Of a stretch of 64,000 nucleotides of DNA, positions 1 to 9,069 are shown in pieces; position 1 is the first letter of the stretch, and each line of letters starts with the position of its first letter. The notes under the pieces are model-generated. The model had not been told where the DNA came from and did not search any database. It saw only the letters and a program-made list of their open reading frames with translations. Source of the DNA: Gemmatimonadota bacterium (lineage in GTDB: Bacteria > Gemmatimonadota > Gemmatimonadetes > Gemmatimonadales > GWC2-71-9); NCBI GenBank assembly GCA_029863245.1, contig JAOTVV010000006.1, positions 35,362 through 99,361 on the forward strand, read 5' to 3'. The position numbers and the translations under genes were made by a program.

Positions 1-313
1 TGTCGGCCGGGTCGTTCTGCCCGTCGGCATCCAGCGTGACCACAACGTCACCTCGTGCGGCGTCGAACCCCACCGCGATAGCGGCGCTCTGGCCGCTGCG
101 ACGCTCCAGGGTGATCACACGGAGCGCGGAAAACCGATCCTTCAGGCGGCCCAGCTCGGCGTCGGACCCGTCGGTCGACCCGTCGTCGACTGCGATGACC
201 TCGTAGGAAACCCCGCCGAGTGCCGACGCGATTTCTTCAAAGAGCGGCCCGAGATTCGGTTGCTCGTTGTGCACCGGCAACACTACGGATACCACGGCCT
301 GTCCCCACCTCAC
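1..313 (-). CDS. Family-2 glycosyltransferase (GT-A fold), N-terminal part; gene runs off the left edge
   Basis: Absent from the ORF track because it is open at the window edge. My reverse-complement translation from GTG 313 (alternative GTG 295) reads VVSVVLPVHNEQPNLGPLFEEIASALGGVSYEVIAVDDGSTDGSDAELGRLKDRFSALRVITLERRSGQSAAIAVGFDAARGDVVVTLDADGQNDPAD. It has the typical GT2 motifs VDDGSTD and DAD. Confidence 0.75.
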   Translation of the reverse strand, partial: MRWGQAVVSVVLPVHNEQPNLGPLFEEIASALGGVSYEVIAVDDGSTDGSDAELGRLKDRFSALRVITLERRSGQSAAIAVGFDAARGDVVVTLDADGQNDPAD

Positions 314-402
314 GGAGCTGAAGTCCGGGCTCCCCTGCCACCCCATCGCGCGACCGCCACCACCCCGGCCAGAACGTATGGCGCCCATGGATCCCAGGCA
401 AG

Positions 403-431
403 TTGACAGTCCCGGAGCGCGCGGGGTTATT
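403..431 (+). promoter_or_regulatory. Candidate sigma70-type promoter for the asparaginase-like gene
   Basis: Perfect -35 TTGACA (403-408), a 17-nt spacer, then -10-like GTTATT (426-431). It lies about 45 nt upstream of GTG 478. Pattern match only. Confidence 0.3.
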
Positions 432-477
432 TCGCGATGCCCGCAGATGGGGTTTTTCATCCGGAGGAGGTCTGATC

Positions 478-1527
478 GTGTCCGACTCGTACTCGCGCCG
501 AGAATTCCTCGGAGCCGCCTCGGGACTCACGGCTGGGGTCGCTTTGGGACCGGGCGTCCTGGCCGCTCGATCGGCTCCCGCGATTCACATCCGGCCTGCG
601 GCTATGAACGTGGTCGTGGCCTCTGCCAACGGCCTGCGCGGTGTGCAGCGGGCGGGAGAGCTGCTCGACCAGGGTATGGATACCCTCGACGCAGCCATCG
701 AGGGGGTCAAGATCCAGGAACTGGACCCGGATGACATGTCCGTCGGTTACGGAGGCCTGCCGAACGAGGAAGGCATCGTTCAGCTCGACTCCTCGTGCAT
801 GCACGGACCCACCCGCCGGGCCGGCGCAGTGGCGTCGCTCGAAGGCATCAAGACACCGAGCGTAGTGGCGAAGTACGTGCTGCTCTACACCGACCACGTT
901 CTCCTTGTCGGGCCCGGCGCGAAACGCTTCGCGCTCTCCTACGGTTTCCAGGAAGAAGACCTCCTGACGGACCGCGCCCGGGAAGCCTGGCTCCGCTGGC
1001 GGGCCCGTCGCGGTCCCGACGACAATTGGCTCGAGGTGCCGGATGACGAGCAGTTGTCGCGTGAGGAACACGGCACCATCAACATCAATGCCGTGAATGC
1101 CAGCGGGGATGTCTCGTCGGTCACCACGACGAGTGGGCTCTCCTGGAAGATCCCGGGGCGAGTCGGCGACTCGCCCATCATCGGAGCCGGGCAGTACACG
1201 GACAACGATGTCGGCGCGGCCGGATCCACCGGCCGGGGTGAGGCGTGCATCAAGGCGTGTGGCGCGTTTCTCACGGTCGAATTCATGCGACGCGGCATGG
1301 GTCCGTCCGACGCAGCGCTCGAGACCATGCGCCGCGTGGTCTCCACGACCGAGGCGCGGCTCCTCGATGAGCGGGGTCGACCGCGTTTCGGTCTCAACTT
1401 CTATGCGGTGAACAAGAAGGGTGAGTTCGGCGGGGCGTCCATGTTCGCCGGCGCTCGGTACGCCGCGTGGGACGGCACGGAAGCCAAGCATCACGACGCT
1501 GCCTACCTGTTCGAGCGGGAGCGGTGA
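478..1527 (+). CDS. Tat-exported Ntn-hydrolase, asparaginase-2 family (glycosylasparaginase / isoaspartyl peptidase-like)
   Basis: Track ORF 403-1527. I moved the start to GTG 478, which sits 7 nt after GGAGGAGG (463-470). The N-terminus is then VSDSYSRREFLGAASGLTAGVALG, with the twin-arginine consensus SRRxFL. The body shows HGTININAV...TTTSGLSWKIPGRVGDSPIIGAG...GSTGRGE, typical of the asparaginase-2 family. Confidence 0.85.
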   Translation: MSDSYSRREFLGAASGLTAGVALGPGVLAARSAPAIHIRPAAMNVVVASANGLRGVQRAGELLDQGMDTLDAAIEGVKIQELDPDDMSVGYGGLPNEEGIVQLDSSCMHGPTRRAGAVASLEGIKTPSVVAKYVLLYTDHVLLVGPGAKRFALSYGFQEEDLLTDRAREAWLRWRARRGPDDNWLEVPDDEQLSREEHGTININAVNASGDVSSVTTTSGLSWKIPGRVGDSPIIGAGQYTDNDVGAAGSTGRGEACIKACGAFLTVEFMRRGMGPSDAALETMRRVVSTTEARLLDERGRPRFGLNFYAVNKKGEFGGASMFAGARYAAWDGTEAKHHDAAYLFERER

Positions 1528-2705
1528 GGCCAACCCTCGTCTTTGCGCTCGTGGCTTTCGTCGCATCTCCGGGTGTGGCGCAGATCCCCGACGTGCCGAC
1601 CTTCGGGCGCGACTGGACGAGTCTCTCGTTCCCGTGGATCACCTGGGGCCCGACCGAAGGCCTCACCGCCGGGCTCTTCCACGCGCAGATCAATCAGCTT
1701 GGATACGGCGAGTGGGAGGCGCCCGAGCCGTATCGGGCGGCGGCTTCGCTGGACGGGCACATCTCGGCCTCCGGATCCAAGCGGCTCGAACTCGCGTTCC
1801 GTGCCCCCAAATGGGTCCAGGAATGGCGCTACGTCGTGACCCTGGAAGGCAGACGCGACGCCCGCGAGCGCTACTTCGGGATCGGCAACGCCAATGTGTA
1901 CGACGACGCGAACGAAACCGACGCCGTTCCCCATTTCTATCGCTCGGACAACACGCGATGGATCGCACGGAGTGAAGTCCAGCGCCGCGTCATCGGGCCG
2001 CTCCGTCTCCTGGCAGGTCTCCATTTGGAACGATGGCGGATCGATACGCTGTCCGGTCCCAGTCAGCTGGCGCAGGATCTGGCGGCCGGGGCTGATCCTT
2101 CTATCGGACAGGGAACGACCGATGCGTCGGCACGGATCGGCCTCGTCTTCGATACACGCAACGATGAGCCGGCTCCGACTCGTGGGCTCTTGATCGAGGC
2201 GATCGTCGGTATCGCCGACTCCGGCATCATTTCCGCAATGAGCTACACCCGCACCACGGTGTCGGCCACGGGCTATCTGCCAGCACTCCCGAATCTCACG
2301 ATTGCCGCCCGGGTCCTGGGCCAAACGATGAGCGGCGGCCCACGGCTCGGCTCCTATGCCTTGATCGAGGCCAGCGACCGTCCGTTCAGAGGAATCGGCA
2401 GTGCGGAATCCCACCGAGCCATCCCCGCCCAACGGCTGTTGGACGCGGACAAGCTCCTGGCCAATCTCGATGTGCGGTACGACTTCTTTGCCTTCCCGAC
2501 GCTGTTTCGCGTGACCGCCATCGGGTTCCTCGATGCCGCCCGTGTGTTTCCCGCCGGTGAGTTTAGCGTGACTACCGAGGACCTGATGGTCGGTGGAGGC
2601 GTAGGGCTCGTCGCGCAGTTCTTTCGGACCGGCATTCTGGGAACAACAGCCGGGATAGGCCCGGACGGCGTCGTGTGGTTCTTCCACACACGCTGGCCCT
2701 TTTGA
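1524..2705 (+). CDS. Omp85/surface-antigen (D15)-type outer-membrane beta-barrel protein
   Basis: Track ORF 1467-2705. GTG 1524 overlaps the upstream stop (GTGA) and gives the signal peptide VRPTLVFALVAFVASPGVAQ. The C-terminus ends ...VVWFFHTRWPF, an aromatic terminal residue typical of OMP barrels. Confidence 0.7.
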   Translation: MRPTLVFALVAFVASPGVAQIPDVPTFGRDWTSLSFPWITWGPTEGLTAGLFHAQINQLGYGEWEAPEPYRAAASLDGHISASGSKRLELAFRAPKWVQEWRYVVTLEGRRDARERYFGIGNANVYDDANETDAVPHFYRSDNTRWIARSEVQRRVIGPLRLLAGLHLERWRIDTLSGPSQLAQDLAAGADPSIGQGTTDASARIGLVFDTRNDEPAPTRGLLIEAIVGIADSGIISAMSYTRTTVSATGYLPALPNLTIAARVLGQTMSGGPRLGSYALIEASDRPFRGIGSAESHRAIPAQRLLDADKLLANLDVRYDFFAFPTLFRVTAIGFLDAARVFPAGEFSVTTEDLMVGGGVGLVAQFFRTGILGTTAGIGPDGVVWFFHTRWPF

Positions 2706-2982
2706 CGTGAAGCCCGACCTTACCGGCCGAGATTCCCCCGACCTGTGTCGAGCCCGCCTCTCGGTGCTGTTAGATTGCGGTATGCCTCCACACACTCTCC
2801 TGGTTCATCTCGTCCCGGAGAACGCCCGCCCGGGCATCTTCGCTCCGCCTGACCGTCGGTAGCCTCGCCCGGCGACGCCGCCTTTCGGTCTACGGCGTCA
2901 CAGAAACCCCGGCGTGGTGCGAACCGTGATCATCGTTGGCAGCGCCCGGCTGCCAGCCCAAGAGGTCGCTCAGGAGATAACC

Positions 2983-4293
2983 ATGGCTCAAGTCACCGTT
3001 CCAGCCGATCAGGTGTTTGCCATCCTCCGAGAGAACATCCTGGTCGACGGATTTCATATCGTGATCGACCTGAAGAAGTCCCACGGGTCGAAGATGGTCG
3101 ATGCGCTCAGCGGCAAGGAATACCTGGATTGCTACACGTATTTCGCCACGCTACCTCTCGGACACAATCACCCGAAGCTGGACGATCCGGCCTTTCGCGA
3201 GGTGCTCCTGCAGGCCGCGCTGGCCAACCCGGCCAATAGCGACGTGTATTCGCGGGAATACGCGGGCTTCGTGAAGACGTTTCGGGACGTCGCCGTGCCG
3301 GATGAGTTCCGGTACCTGTTCTTCGTCGCCGGCGGCGCGCTGGCCGTCGAGAATGCCATGAAGGCCGCGTTCGACTGGAAGGCACAGAAGAATCGCGCAC
3401 GCGGCGTCGAGGGAGGTGCGGACAAGATCCTCCATTTCCGGGATGCGTTCCACGGACGGAGCGGCTACACCCTCTCCGTGACCAATACCGACCCGCTGAA
3501 GACCGCCGATTTCCCGAAGTTCACCTGGCCCAGGATTTCCAATCCGAAGATCCACTTCCCCATCGACGTGGCCCGTGTCGCGGCTGCTGAGCAAGTCGCG
3601 GTGCGCGAAATCGAGTCGGCGTTCCAGCGGGATCCACACGGCATCGCGGCCATTCTCATCGAGCCGATCCAGTGCGAGGGTGGTGAGAACCATCTCAGGC
3701 CGGAGTTCTTCCGTCAGCTGCGTGCCATCGCGGATGAGCGCGAAGCACTCCTGATCTTCGATGAGGTCCAGACGGGCATGGGGATCACGGGATCCATGTG
3801 GGCCTTCCAAGGTCTCGGCGTCACTCCGGATCTTGTGGCCTTCGGTAAGAAGACTCAGGTGTGTGGCGTCATGTCTTCGCGCCGAATCGACGAGGTCCCG
3901 AAGAACGTGTTCCACGTCTCGTCGCGCATCAATTCCACCTGGGGCGGCAACTTGGTGGACATGGTCCGGTGCGCCCGGTACCTGCAGATCATCGCGGAAG
4001 ACGATCTGGTGGCCAATGCCGCGCGCGTCGGCGCCCAGTTCAAGAGCGAGCTTGAACGGCTCCAGGCAAGATTCCCCGTCGTCACGAACGCCCGGGGGAA
4101 GGGCCTGCTGCTGGCGATCGACCTGCCAGACACCGACACCCGGAAGCGCGTGCGCGAGGCCTGTTGGGATGCCGGGTTTGCGACCCTCGCCTGCGGACCC
4201 CGATCCATCCGGTTCCGCCCGGCGCTGGTGTTCACTGAGGCCAATGTGGAGCGTGCGACGTCGATACTGCAGAGTGTCTTGAAGGCGGTCTGA
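2983..4293 (+). CDS. lat: L-lysine 6-(epsilon)-aminotransferase, class-III PLP aminotransferase
   Basis: Track ORF 2914-4293. ATG 2983 is preceded by AGGAGA. The N-terminus MAQVTVPADQVFAILRENILVDGFHIVIDLKKSHGSKMVDALSGKEYLDCYTYFATLPLGHNHPKL and the region LIFDEVQTGMGITGSMWAFQ match lysine epsilon-aminotransferases as I remember them. Confidence 0.8.
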   Translation: MAQVTVPADQVFAILRENILVDGFHIVIDLKKSHGSKMVDALSGKEYLDCYTYFATLPLGHNHPKLDDPAFREVLLQAALANPANSDVYSREYAGFVKTFRDVAVPDEFRYLFFVAGGALAVENAMKAAFDWKAQKNRARGVEGGADKILHFRDAFHGRSGYTLSVTNTDPLKTADFPKFTWPRISNPKIHFPIDVARVAAAEQVAVREIESAFQRDPHGIAAILIEPIQCEGGENHLRPEFFRQLRAIADEREALLIFDEVQTGMGITGSMWAFQGLGVTPDLVAFGKKTQVCGVMSSRRIDEVPKNVFHVSSRINSTWGGNLVDMVRCARYLQIIAEDDLVANAARVGAQFKSELERLQARFPVVTNARGKGLLLAIDLPDTDTRKRVREACWDAGFATLACGPRSIRFRPALVFTEANVERATSILQSVLKAV

Positions 4294-4556
4294 ACCGCCG
4301 CGGTACGATACACACCATCCCACAGCGCGCGGAGGGCGTCGACCGTTGCCCGAAAACCGGCATACGGCACCCCCTCCTCCCAACTCTGCACTAGCTGTCG
4401 CTCGCTCGAAACCTTCACCCCGCACGCTCCTTTCCGGTACACCACACGGTGGAGCACCGGACGAGCCCCCAAACTTTCAAGGTACCGAATCCGTATCCGA
4501 CACGGCACCCTGACGCACAGCTTGGCAGCCGCACACCTCGGTGCTACCCTAGGGCG

Positions 4557-5177
4557 ATGGCTACCCACCCTCCTGCTCAGCCTTCGACGCGCCGTCGCAG
4601 CTCTCAGTCGACTCGCGACCGCATCGTGCGCGCCGCCATCGATCTCTTCACGACCCAGGGGTACCATGCCACCACGACTCCGCAGGTTGCAGCGGCCGCC
4701 GGCGTTGCGGAGGGGTCCATCTATCGGCACTTCGAGAGCAAGCAGGTGCTGCTGAACGAGTTGTACCGTGCGGCCCTCCGCCTGTTGCTCGCCCCGATCA
4801 CCGCGGCCACCGGCTCCTGTCGTGACCGGCTCGAACATATCGCTGCCACGTGGTGTGAAGTGGCCGGTCACGATCCTGCCCCTGTCAGGCTCGTCTTCTT
4901 CACTCGGTTCCCCGGCCTGCTCGATCCGAAGAGCCGGGATCTCGCGGCAGAGCTGCGAGTCGCCCTCGGTCGGATCCTGGTGGAGGGGAAGTCGTCCGGC
5001 GAGATCCGCCCGGGATCGGTGGATCTCTGGTCCGATCTCTGGATCACCATCATCGGCCTCCCCCTCGAGCGAATCTGTGACAAGACGTGGAGCGCGCGCG
5101 ATCCGATCACGCAGCTCGCGCTGCGGTCCGCGTGGCGTGCGATCCACCCCGACGAGGGGCATTCCACGGACGCGTGA
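4557..5177 (+). CDS. TetR-family transcriptional regulator
   Basis: Track ORF 4449-5177, with the start moved to ATG 4557. The TetR helix-turn-helix is RDRIVRAAIDLFTTQGYHATTTPQVAAAAGVAEGSIYRHFESKQVLL. Confidence 0.85.
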   Translation: MATHPPAQPSTRRRSSQSTRDRIVRAAIDLFTTQGYHATTTPQVAAAAGVAEGSIYRHFESKQVLLNELYRAALRLLLAPITAATGSCRDRLEHIAATWCEVAGHDPAPVRLVFFTRFPGLLDPKSRDLAAELRVALGRILVEGKSSGEIRPGSVDLWSDLWITIIGLPLERICDKTWSARDPITQLALRSAWRAIHPDEGHSTDA

Positions 5178-5198
5178 TCTGACGCGACCCCCACCCAC

Positions 5199-5212
5199 TC
5201 TGGACATCCAGA
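5199..5212. promoter_or_regulatory. Inverted repeat TCTGGA-CA-TCCAGA, candidate TetR operator
   Basis: Two 6-bp arms with a 2-bp spacer. It lies between the TetR stop (5177) and the NSS transporter start (5258). Short palindrome, position-based inference only. Confidence 0.25.
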
Positions 5213-5257
5213 CTCGGACACGTATCCTTTCACGACCTCTCGAAGCAGGAGATCCTG

Positions 5258-6634
5258 ATGCCCGATGCCCCAGCCTCCCCCGCCCGTGGCGTTTGGGGTT
5301 CCCGCGTCGGCTTCGTTCTCGCAGCCGCCGGTTCGGCGATCGGTCTCGGCAACATCTGGCGCTTCCCGTACGTGGTCGGCGAGAACGGTGGCGCCGTCTT
5401 CGTGCTCATCTACCTTGGGTTCGTCTTCTTGATCGGAGCGCCGGTCATGCTCGGGGAGCTGGCGCTCGGGCGTCGGACCGAGCGGAACCCGGTCGGCGCC
5501 TTTGCCGCGGTGGCGCCGGGGACGCTGTGGCGGTTCGTCGGCCTGCTCGGGGTGATCACGGGCGTGGGGATCCTCTCGTTCTATGGCGTCATCGCCGGCT
5601 GGACATTCGGCTATTTCCTCAAAACAGTGAGCGGTGGCTTCAACACCATCATCGCGCAGGAATCTGCGGCGGTGTTCGACGACTTCGTGTCCAACTGGAT
5701 GCTGAGCACCGGCCTGCTCGCCGCCTTCCTCGTGCTGACGGCGCTCATCGTGTGGCGCGGCGTGTCCCGCGGCATCGAGTTGATGTCGAAGATCCTGATG
5801 CCGATGCTGTTCTTCTTGCTGGCGGTGTTGGCGTTTCGCTCCGTGACGCTCTCGGGTGCACGAGAAGGACTCGAGTTCTATCTCGCGCCCGATTTTTCCA
5901 AGCTCCGGGCCCAGACGTTCCCGACGGCGCTTGGCCAGGCCTTCTTCTCACTGAGCCTTGGCATGGGCGCGATGATCACCTACGGCAGCTACATCAGGAA
6001 ACGAGAGGATCTCGTCGCGTCAGCGGGGATCGTCTGTCTGTTCGACACGATGATCGCCCTGCTGGCGGGTCTCATCATCTTTCCAGCGCTGTTCCATGCC
6101 GGGCTCGATCCTGCGTCCGGCGTCGGCCTGGTATTTCAGGTGCTGCCGCCGCTCTTCGCCACCCTGCCCGGCGGGCAGTTGTTCGGCTCGGCCTTCTTCC
6201 TGTTGCTCACCATCGCCGCACTGACATCTACCATCTCTCTGCTCGAGGTCCCCGTTTCGTACCTGATCGACGAGTGGAAGTGGTCGCGCGGCAAAGCCGT
6301 CCTGGTCACGACACTCGGCACCGCGCTGCTCGGTGTCCCCTCGGCCCTCGCATTCGGCGCCGTGGGGCTGTTCAGCAGTGTTCCTGGAGCGAACGTCGAC
6401 TTCCTCACACTCATGAACATCGTATTCGGCAACTACTCGCTCTCTGTGGGTTCGCTGCTCTTGGCGGTGTTCATCGGTTATCGCTGGGGGGTGGCGGGTG
6501 CAGCGAAGGAAATCGAGTTGGAGGGCGTCGCCTTCGGACTCCGACCGGTGTGGGCGTTCCTCATTCGGTTCCTATGTCCGGTCGCAGTTGCCGTCATCAT
6601 CGTGTACATCGTCCTGACCGGCAACTACTTCTAG
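5258..6634 (+). CDS. Sodium-dependent transporter, neurotransmitter:sodium symporter (NSS/SNF) family
   Basis: RBS AGGAGA upstream. NSS signature GSRVGFVLAAAGSAIGLGNIWRFPYVVGENGG. Polytopic hydrophobic sequence throughout. Confidence 0.9.
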   Translation: MPDAPASPARGVWGSRVGFVLAAAGSAIGLGNIWRFPYVVGENGGAVFVLIYLGFVFLIGAPVMLGELALGRRTERNPVGAFAAVAPGTLWRFVGLLGVITGVGILSFYGVIAGWTFGYFLKTVSGGFNTIIAQESAAVFDDFVSNWMLSTGLLAAFLVLTALIVWRGVSRGIELMSKILMPMLFFLLAVLAFRSVTLSGAREGLEFYLAPDFSKLRAQTFPTALGQAFFSLSLGMGAMITYGSYIRKREDLVASAGIVCLFDTMIALLAGLIIFPALFHAGLDPASGVGLVFQVLPPLFATLPGGQLFGSAFFLLLTIAALTSTISLLEVPVSYLIDEWKWSRGKAVLVTTLGTALLGVPSALAFGAVGLFSSVPGANVDFLTLMNIVFGNYSLSVGSLLLAVFIGYRWGVAGAAKEIELEGVAFGLRPVWAFLIRFLCPVAVAVIIVYIVLTGNYF

Positions 6635-6674
6635 GCCGAGGCGGGCTTTCCGGGGGTGCTCCCGTAGCGACGGC

Positions 6675-7760
6675 TCAGGCGTACACGTCGTCGAGCGCCG
6701 AGGCGGGGGGCGGCATATTGCGGGAGCGGCTGTCGAGCGCCTCCGCCGCCGCCCGGTCGACTTCGCCTGCCACGTCGGCCTCGATCCGCTCCAACTCCTC
6801 ACGCGCAACGCCTATCGAGGCGAGGAACTCCTCGTACAAGCCGATCGGATCGCGCTTTCCCCAGTACGCAAACGTGGCGGCATCGAACAGTCGTCGCGCC
6901 TCCTGTTCGTCGTGGGTGGCATGCCCCCCCATGCGGAAGGTCTCGGCGTCGAGAATCACCGGGCCGTCGCCGGTGCGACATCGGTCCGCCGCGATCCGCG
7001 TGGCCGCGTAGGCGTCGACCACGTTGTTCCCGTCGAAGGACCATCCGGCGCAACCGTAGGCTTTGTGCACCTCGCTGAAGTCGGCGGGGCGATGGTGCTG
7101 CCGCACCGGCGTTCCCAGCGCGACCTGGTTGTTCTGGATGATGAAAATCACCGGCAGCCGCTGTGCAGCGGCGAAATTGAAGGCCTCGTGTGTCGGACCT
7201 GACTTCACCGACCCGTCTCCCACCCACGTCAAGGCCACCCCCGGCTCTTTACGGAGCCGAAAGGCCAATGCAATGCCGATAGTTACAGCCGGCATGTTGC
7301 CGATGCTTGAGATGGGCTGCAGCACGCGGTGCGCGAGCGCCCCGACATGACCATCCCGGCCCTTGGACGGGGAGTCGTAGGTGCCTAGGTAGCCCCGCAA
7401 CATGTCCGCCACCGCCATACCCATGTCGCAGCAGGCCCCGGCATTGCGGATCATCGGCGCCACCACATCGCGCTCCCGATCGAGCGAGTGCACCGGCCCG
7501 ATCGTCGTCGCTTCTTCGCCGGTTCCTAGCCACGCCTTGGAGATAACGCCTTGGCGCACCCAGCGTTTGAGCATGATGTCATGCAGTCGCGCGCGCACCA
7601 TGCCGGCATACAGACCCGTGAGGACGGTCCTCTCCAGTCGACCGACGATCTCCTTACGAGCCGGCACGGCCTCCCATGCCGCCGCGTAGCCGGCAACGAG
7701 CTCGGGATCGGGACGCCAGTCGACGTATTCGGGGGGATCGAATGCCGGGTAACGCTTCAT
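6675..7760 (-). CDS. Thiamine-diphosphate-dependent 2-oxoacid dehydrogenase E1 component, alpha subunit
   Basis: Track ORF 6675-7823. The likely start is ATG 7760 (MKRYPAFDPPEY). The TPP-binding motif is VGDGSVKSGPTHEAFNFAAAQRLPVIFIIQNNQVA (GDG...NN). The start is uncertain by 63 nt. Confidence 0.8.
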   Translation of the reverse strand: MKRYPAFDPPEYVDWRPDPELVAGYAAAWEAVPARKEIVGRLERTVLTGLYAGMVRARLHDIMLKRWVRQGVISKAWLGTGEEATTIGPVHSLDRERDVVAPMIRNAGACCDMGMAVADMLRGYLGTYDSPSKGRDGHVGALAHRVLQPISSIGNMPAVTIGIALAFRLRKEPGVALTWVGDGSVKSGPTHEAFNFAAAQRLPVIFIIQNNQVALGTPVRQHHRPADFSEVHKAYGCAGWSFDGNNVVDAYAATRIAADRCRTGDGPVILDAETFRMGGHATHDEQEARRLFDAATFAYWGKRDPIGLYEEFLASIGVAREELERIEADVAGEVDRAAAEALDSRSRNMPPPASALDDVYA

Positions 7761-7995
7761 GGCCGACGAGTTGCTCCAGGCTGAGACCGAGCCCAATATC
7801 CCCGACCACCCAACGACGAGCAAGATATCACCGATGCCATCGCCGAGCCGACCGAGCCGGTTGGTGAAATCGTTTTCCCCATGTCGTTCGCCGGGGTTTC
7901 ATCACCGAGTCCGGCAACGGACGTAGGCGCTCGTGCTTGGAGATGTGGTGATCAATCTCGACGTCCCGCAGGCGCGGTTCGAGCGTCCGTAACGC

Positions 7996-9069
7996 TTAAC
8001 GCAGGTGGGCCCGCAGCCTGTCCTTGTCGGCGTCGTCGAGTGCGTCGACCATCGCGTGTCCAAAGTCGAGCATCGTCGCGTACCGGTTGTCGGGTTCGTT
8101 CTCGAGCGCGGTCATGAGCACGGCCTCGAGTGCGTTGGGAAAGCCCGACCGCACCGACCCGAGGGGAATCGGCTTCCCACGAAGGCGGGCAATCATCATC
8201 TCCTGCGGCGTGCGTCCCTGAAACGGTAGCTTGGTCGTGAACAGCTCGTAGGCCACGATCCCGAGCGCGTAGACATCGCTCCGCCGATCCAATGACTTGC
8301 CGCGGATCTGTTCGGGACTCATGAACTCCGGAGTCCCGAGAATGATGCCGGTGGCCGTCAGCTTGGCGACGCCTGGGCTCGCGCGCCGCTCCTTGGCCAG
8401 CCCGAAGTCCATCACGACTGCGATCTCGCCACCCGAAGCGTGGGGAACGAGCATGATGTTTTCGGGCTTCAGATCTCGATGGACGATGTTCAGATCGTGC
8501 GCATGGTGGAGACCAGCACAGCACTGTGCCAGGATTTTCACCCCCTCGGGCAGCGCCATGGCACCGATCTTCACCTCACGATCCGAGAGGAGCTCACCGC
8601 GGAGGTACGGCATCACCAGGTAGATGAGTCCGTCCTCAGTCTCGCCGAGTCGCAGGATCCTGCAGGCGTTGGGATGCTCGAGACGCATGGCGAGGCCGGC
8701 TTCGCGGCGCAGCCGTTCCACGGAGCTCTCATCCGTGCCGAGCTTCGGGCTGAGGATCTTGATGGCCACGGACTGGTCGGTGTTCAGATCGCGAGCCTCG
8801 TACACGAAGGCCATTCCACCTTCGCCGAGCATGCGGAGCACTTCGTAGCGCCGATCGAGCACTTCACCCTTGAGTGCGCCCGCTCGGCTGATGCTCGGAC
8901 CCTCTCGCGGTGTCATCACCTGCCGCACGAGGGTCCGCTGTTCGCCGGACGCGGTCGGGATCGGCTTGCCGCCCAACCCACCGACGTCTACGAGCGGACT
9001 CCCGTCCTTGGGGCAGAACCTGGCCTCCCCGGCGTAGACAGCCTTGCAGCGTGGACAACGTCGACTCAT
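7996..9069 (-). CDS. Hanks-type Ser/Thr protein kinase with N-terminal zinc ribbon
   Basis: N-terminus MSRRCPRCKAVYAGEARFCPKDG (CxxC...CP zinc ribbon). Kinase motifs are VAIKIL, HRDLKPENIM, DFGLA and GTPEFMSPEQ. No transmembrane or C-terminal sensor region is visible. Confidence 0.9.
   Translation of the reverse strand: MSRRCPRCKAVYAGEARFCPKDGSPLVDVGGLGGKPIPTASGEQRTLVRQVMTPREGPSISRAGALKGEVLDRRYEVLRMLGEGGMAFVYEARDLNTDQSVAIKILSPKLGTDESSVERLRREAGLAMRLEHPNACRILRLGETEDGLIYLVMPYLRGELLSDREVKIGAMALPEGVKILAQCCAGLHHAHDLNIVHRDLKPENIMLVPHASGGEIAVVMDFGLAKERRASPGVAKLTATGIILGTPEFMSPEQIRGKSLDRRSDVYALGIVAYELFTTKLPFQGRTPQEMMIARLRGKPIPLGSVRSGFPNALEAVLMTALENEPDNRYATMLDFGHAMVDALDDADKDRLRAHLR

Noticed and set aside
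457-1566. 369-aa minus-strand ORF antisense to the asparaginase-like gene
   Set aside because: The plus-strand frame has clear family motifs and a Tat signal. The antisense translation is Arg/Gly/Pro-rich with no motif.
2936-2954. TGGCAG...CTGC, which looks like a sigma54 -24/-12 promoter upstream of lat
   Set aside because: The spacing between the GG and the GC elements is off by about 2 nt from the TGGCAC-N5-TTGC consensus. The sequence is better explained as a small hairpin (TGGCAGC/GCTGCCA).
3855-5207. 450-aa minus-strand ORF, together with 3151-4425 (424 aa)
   Set aside because: They are antisense to the well-supported lat and TetR genes. Their composition is that of GC-rich shadow frames.
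4768-7011. 747-aa plus-strand ORF, the longest unexplained ORF in the track
   Set aside because: - It runs in alternate frames across the TetR gene and the whole NSS transporter, and antisense into the E1-alpha gene.
- Its translation is low-complexity Arg/Pro/Ser/Gly-rich with no recognisable motif.
- This is a typical high-GC shadow ORF.
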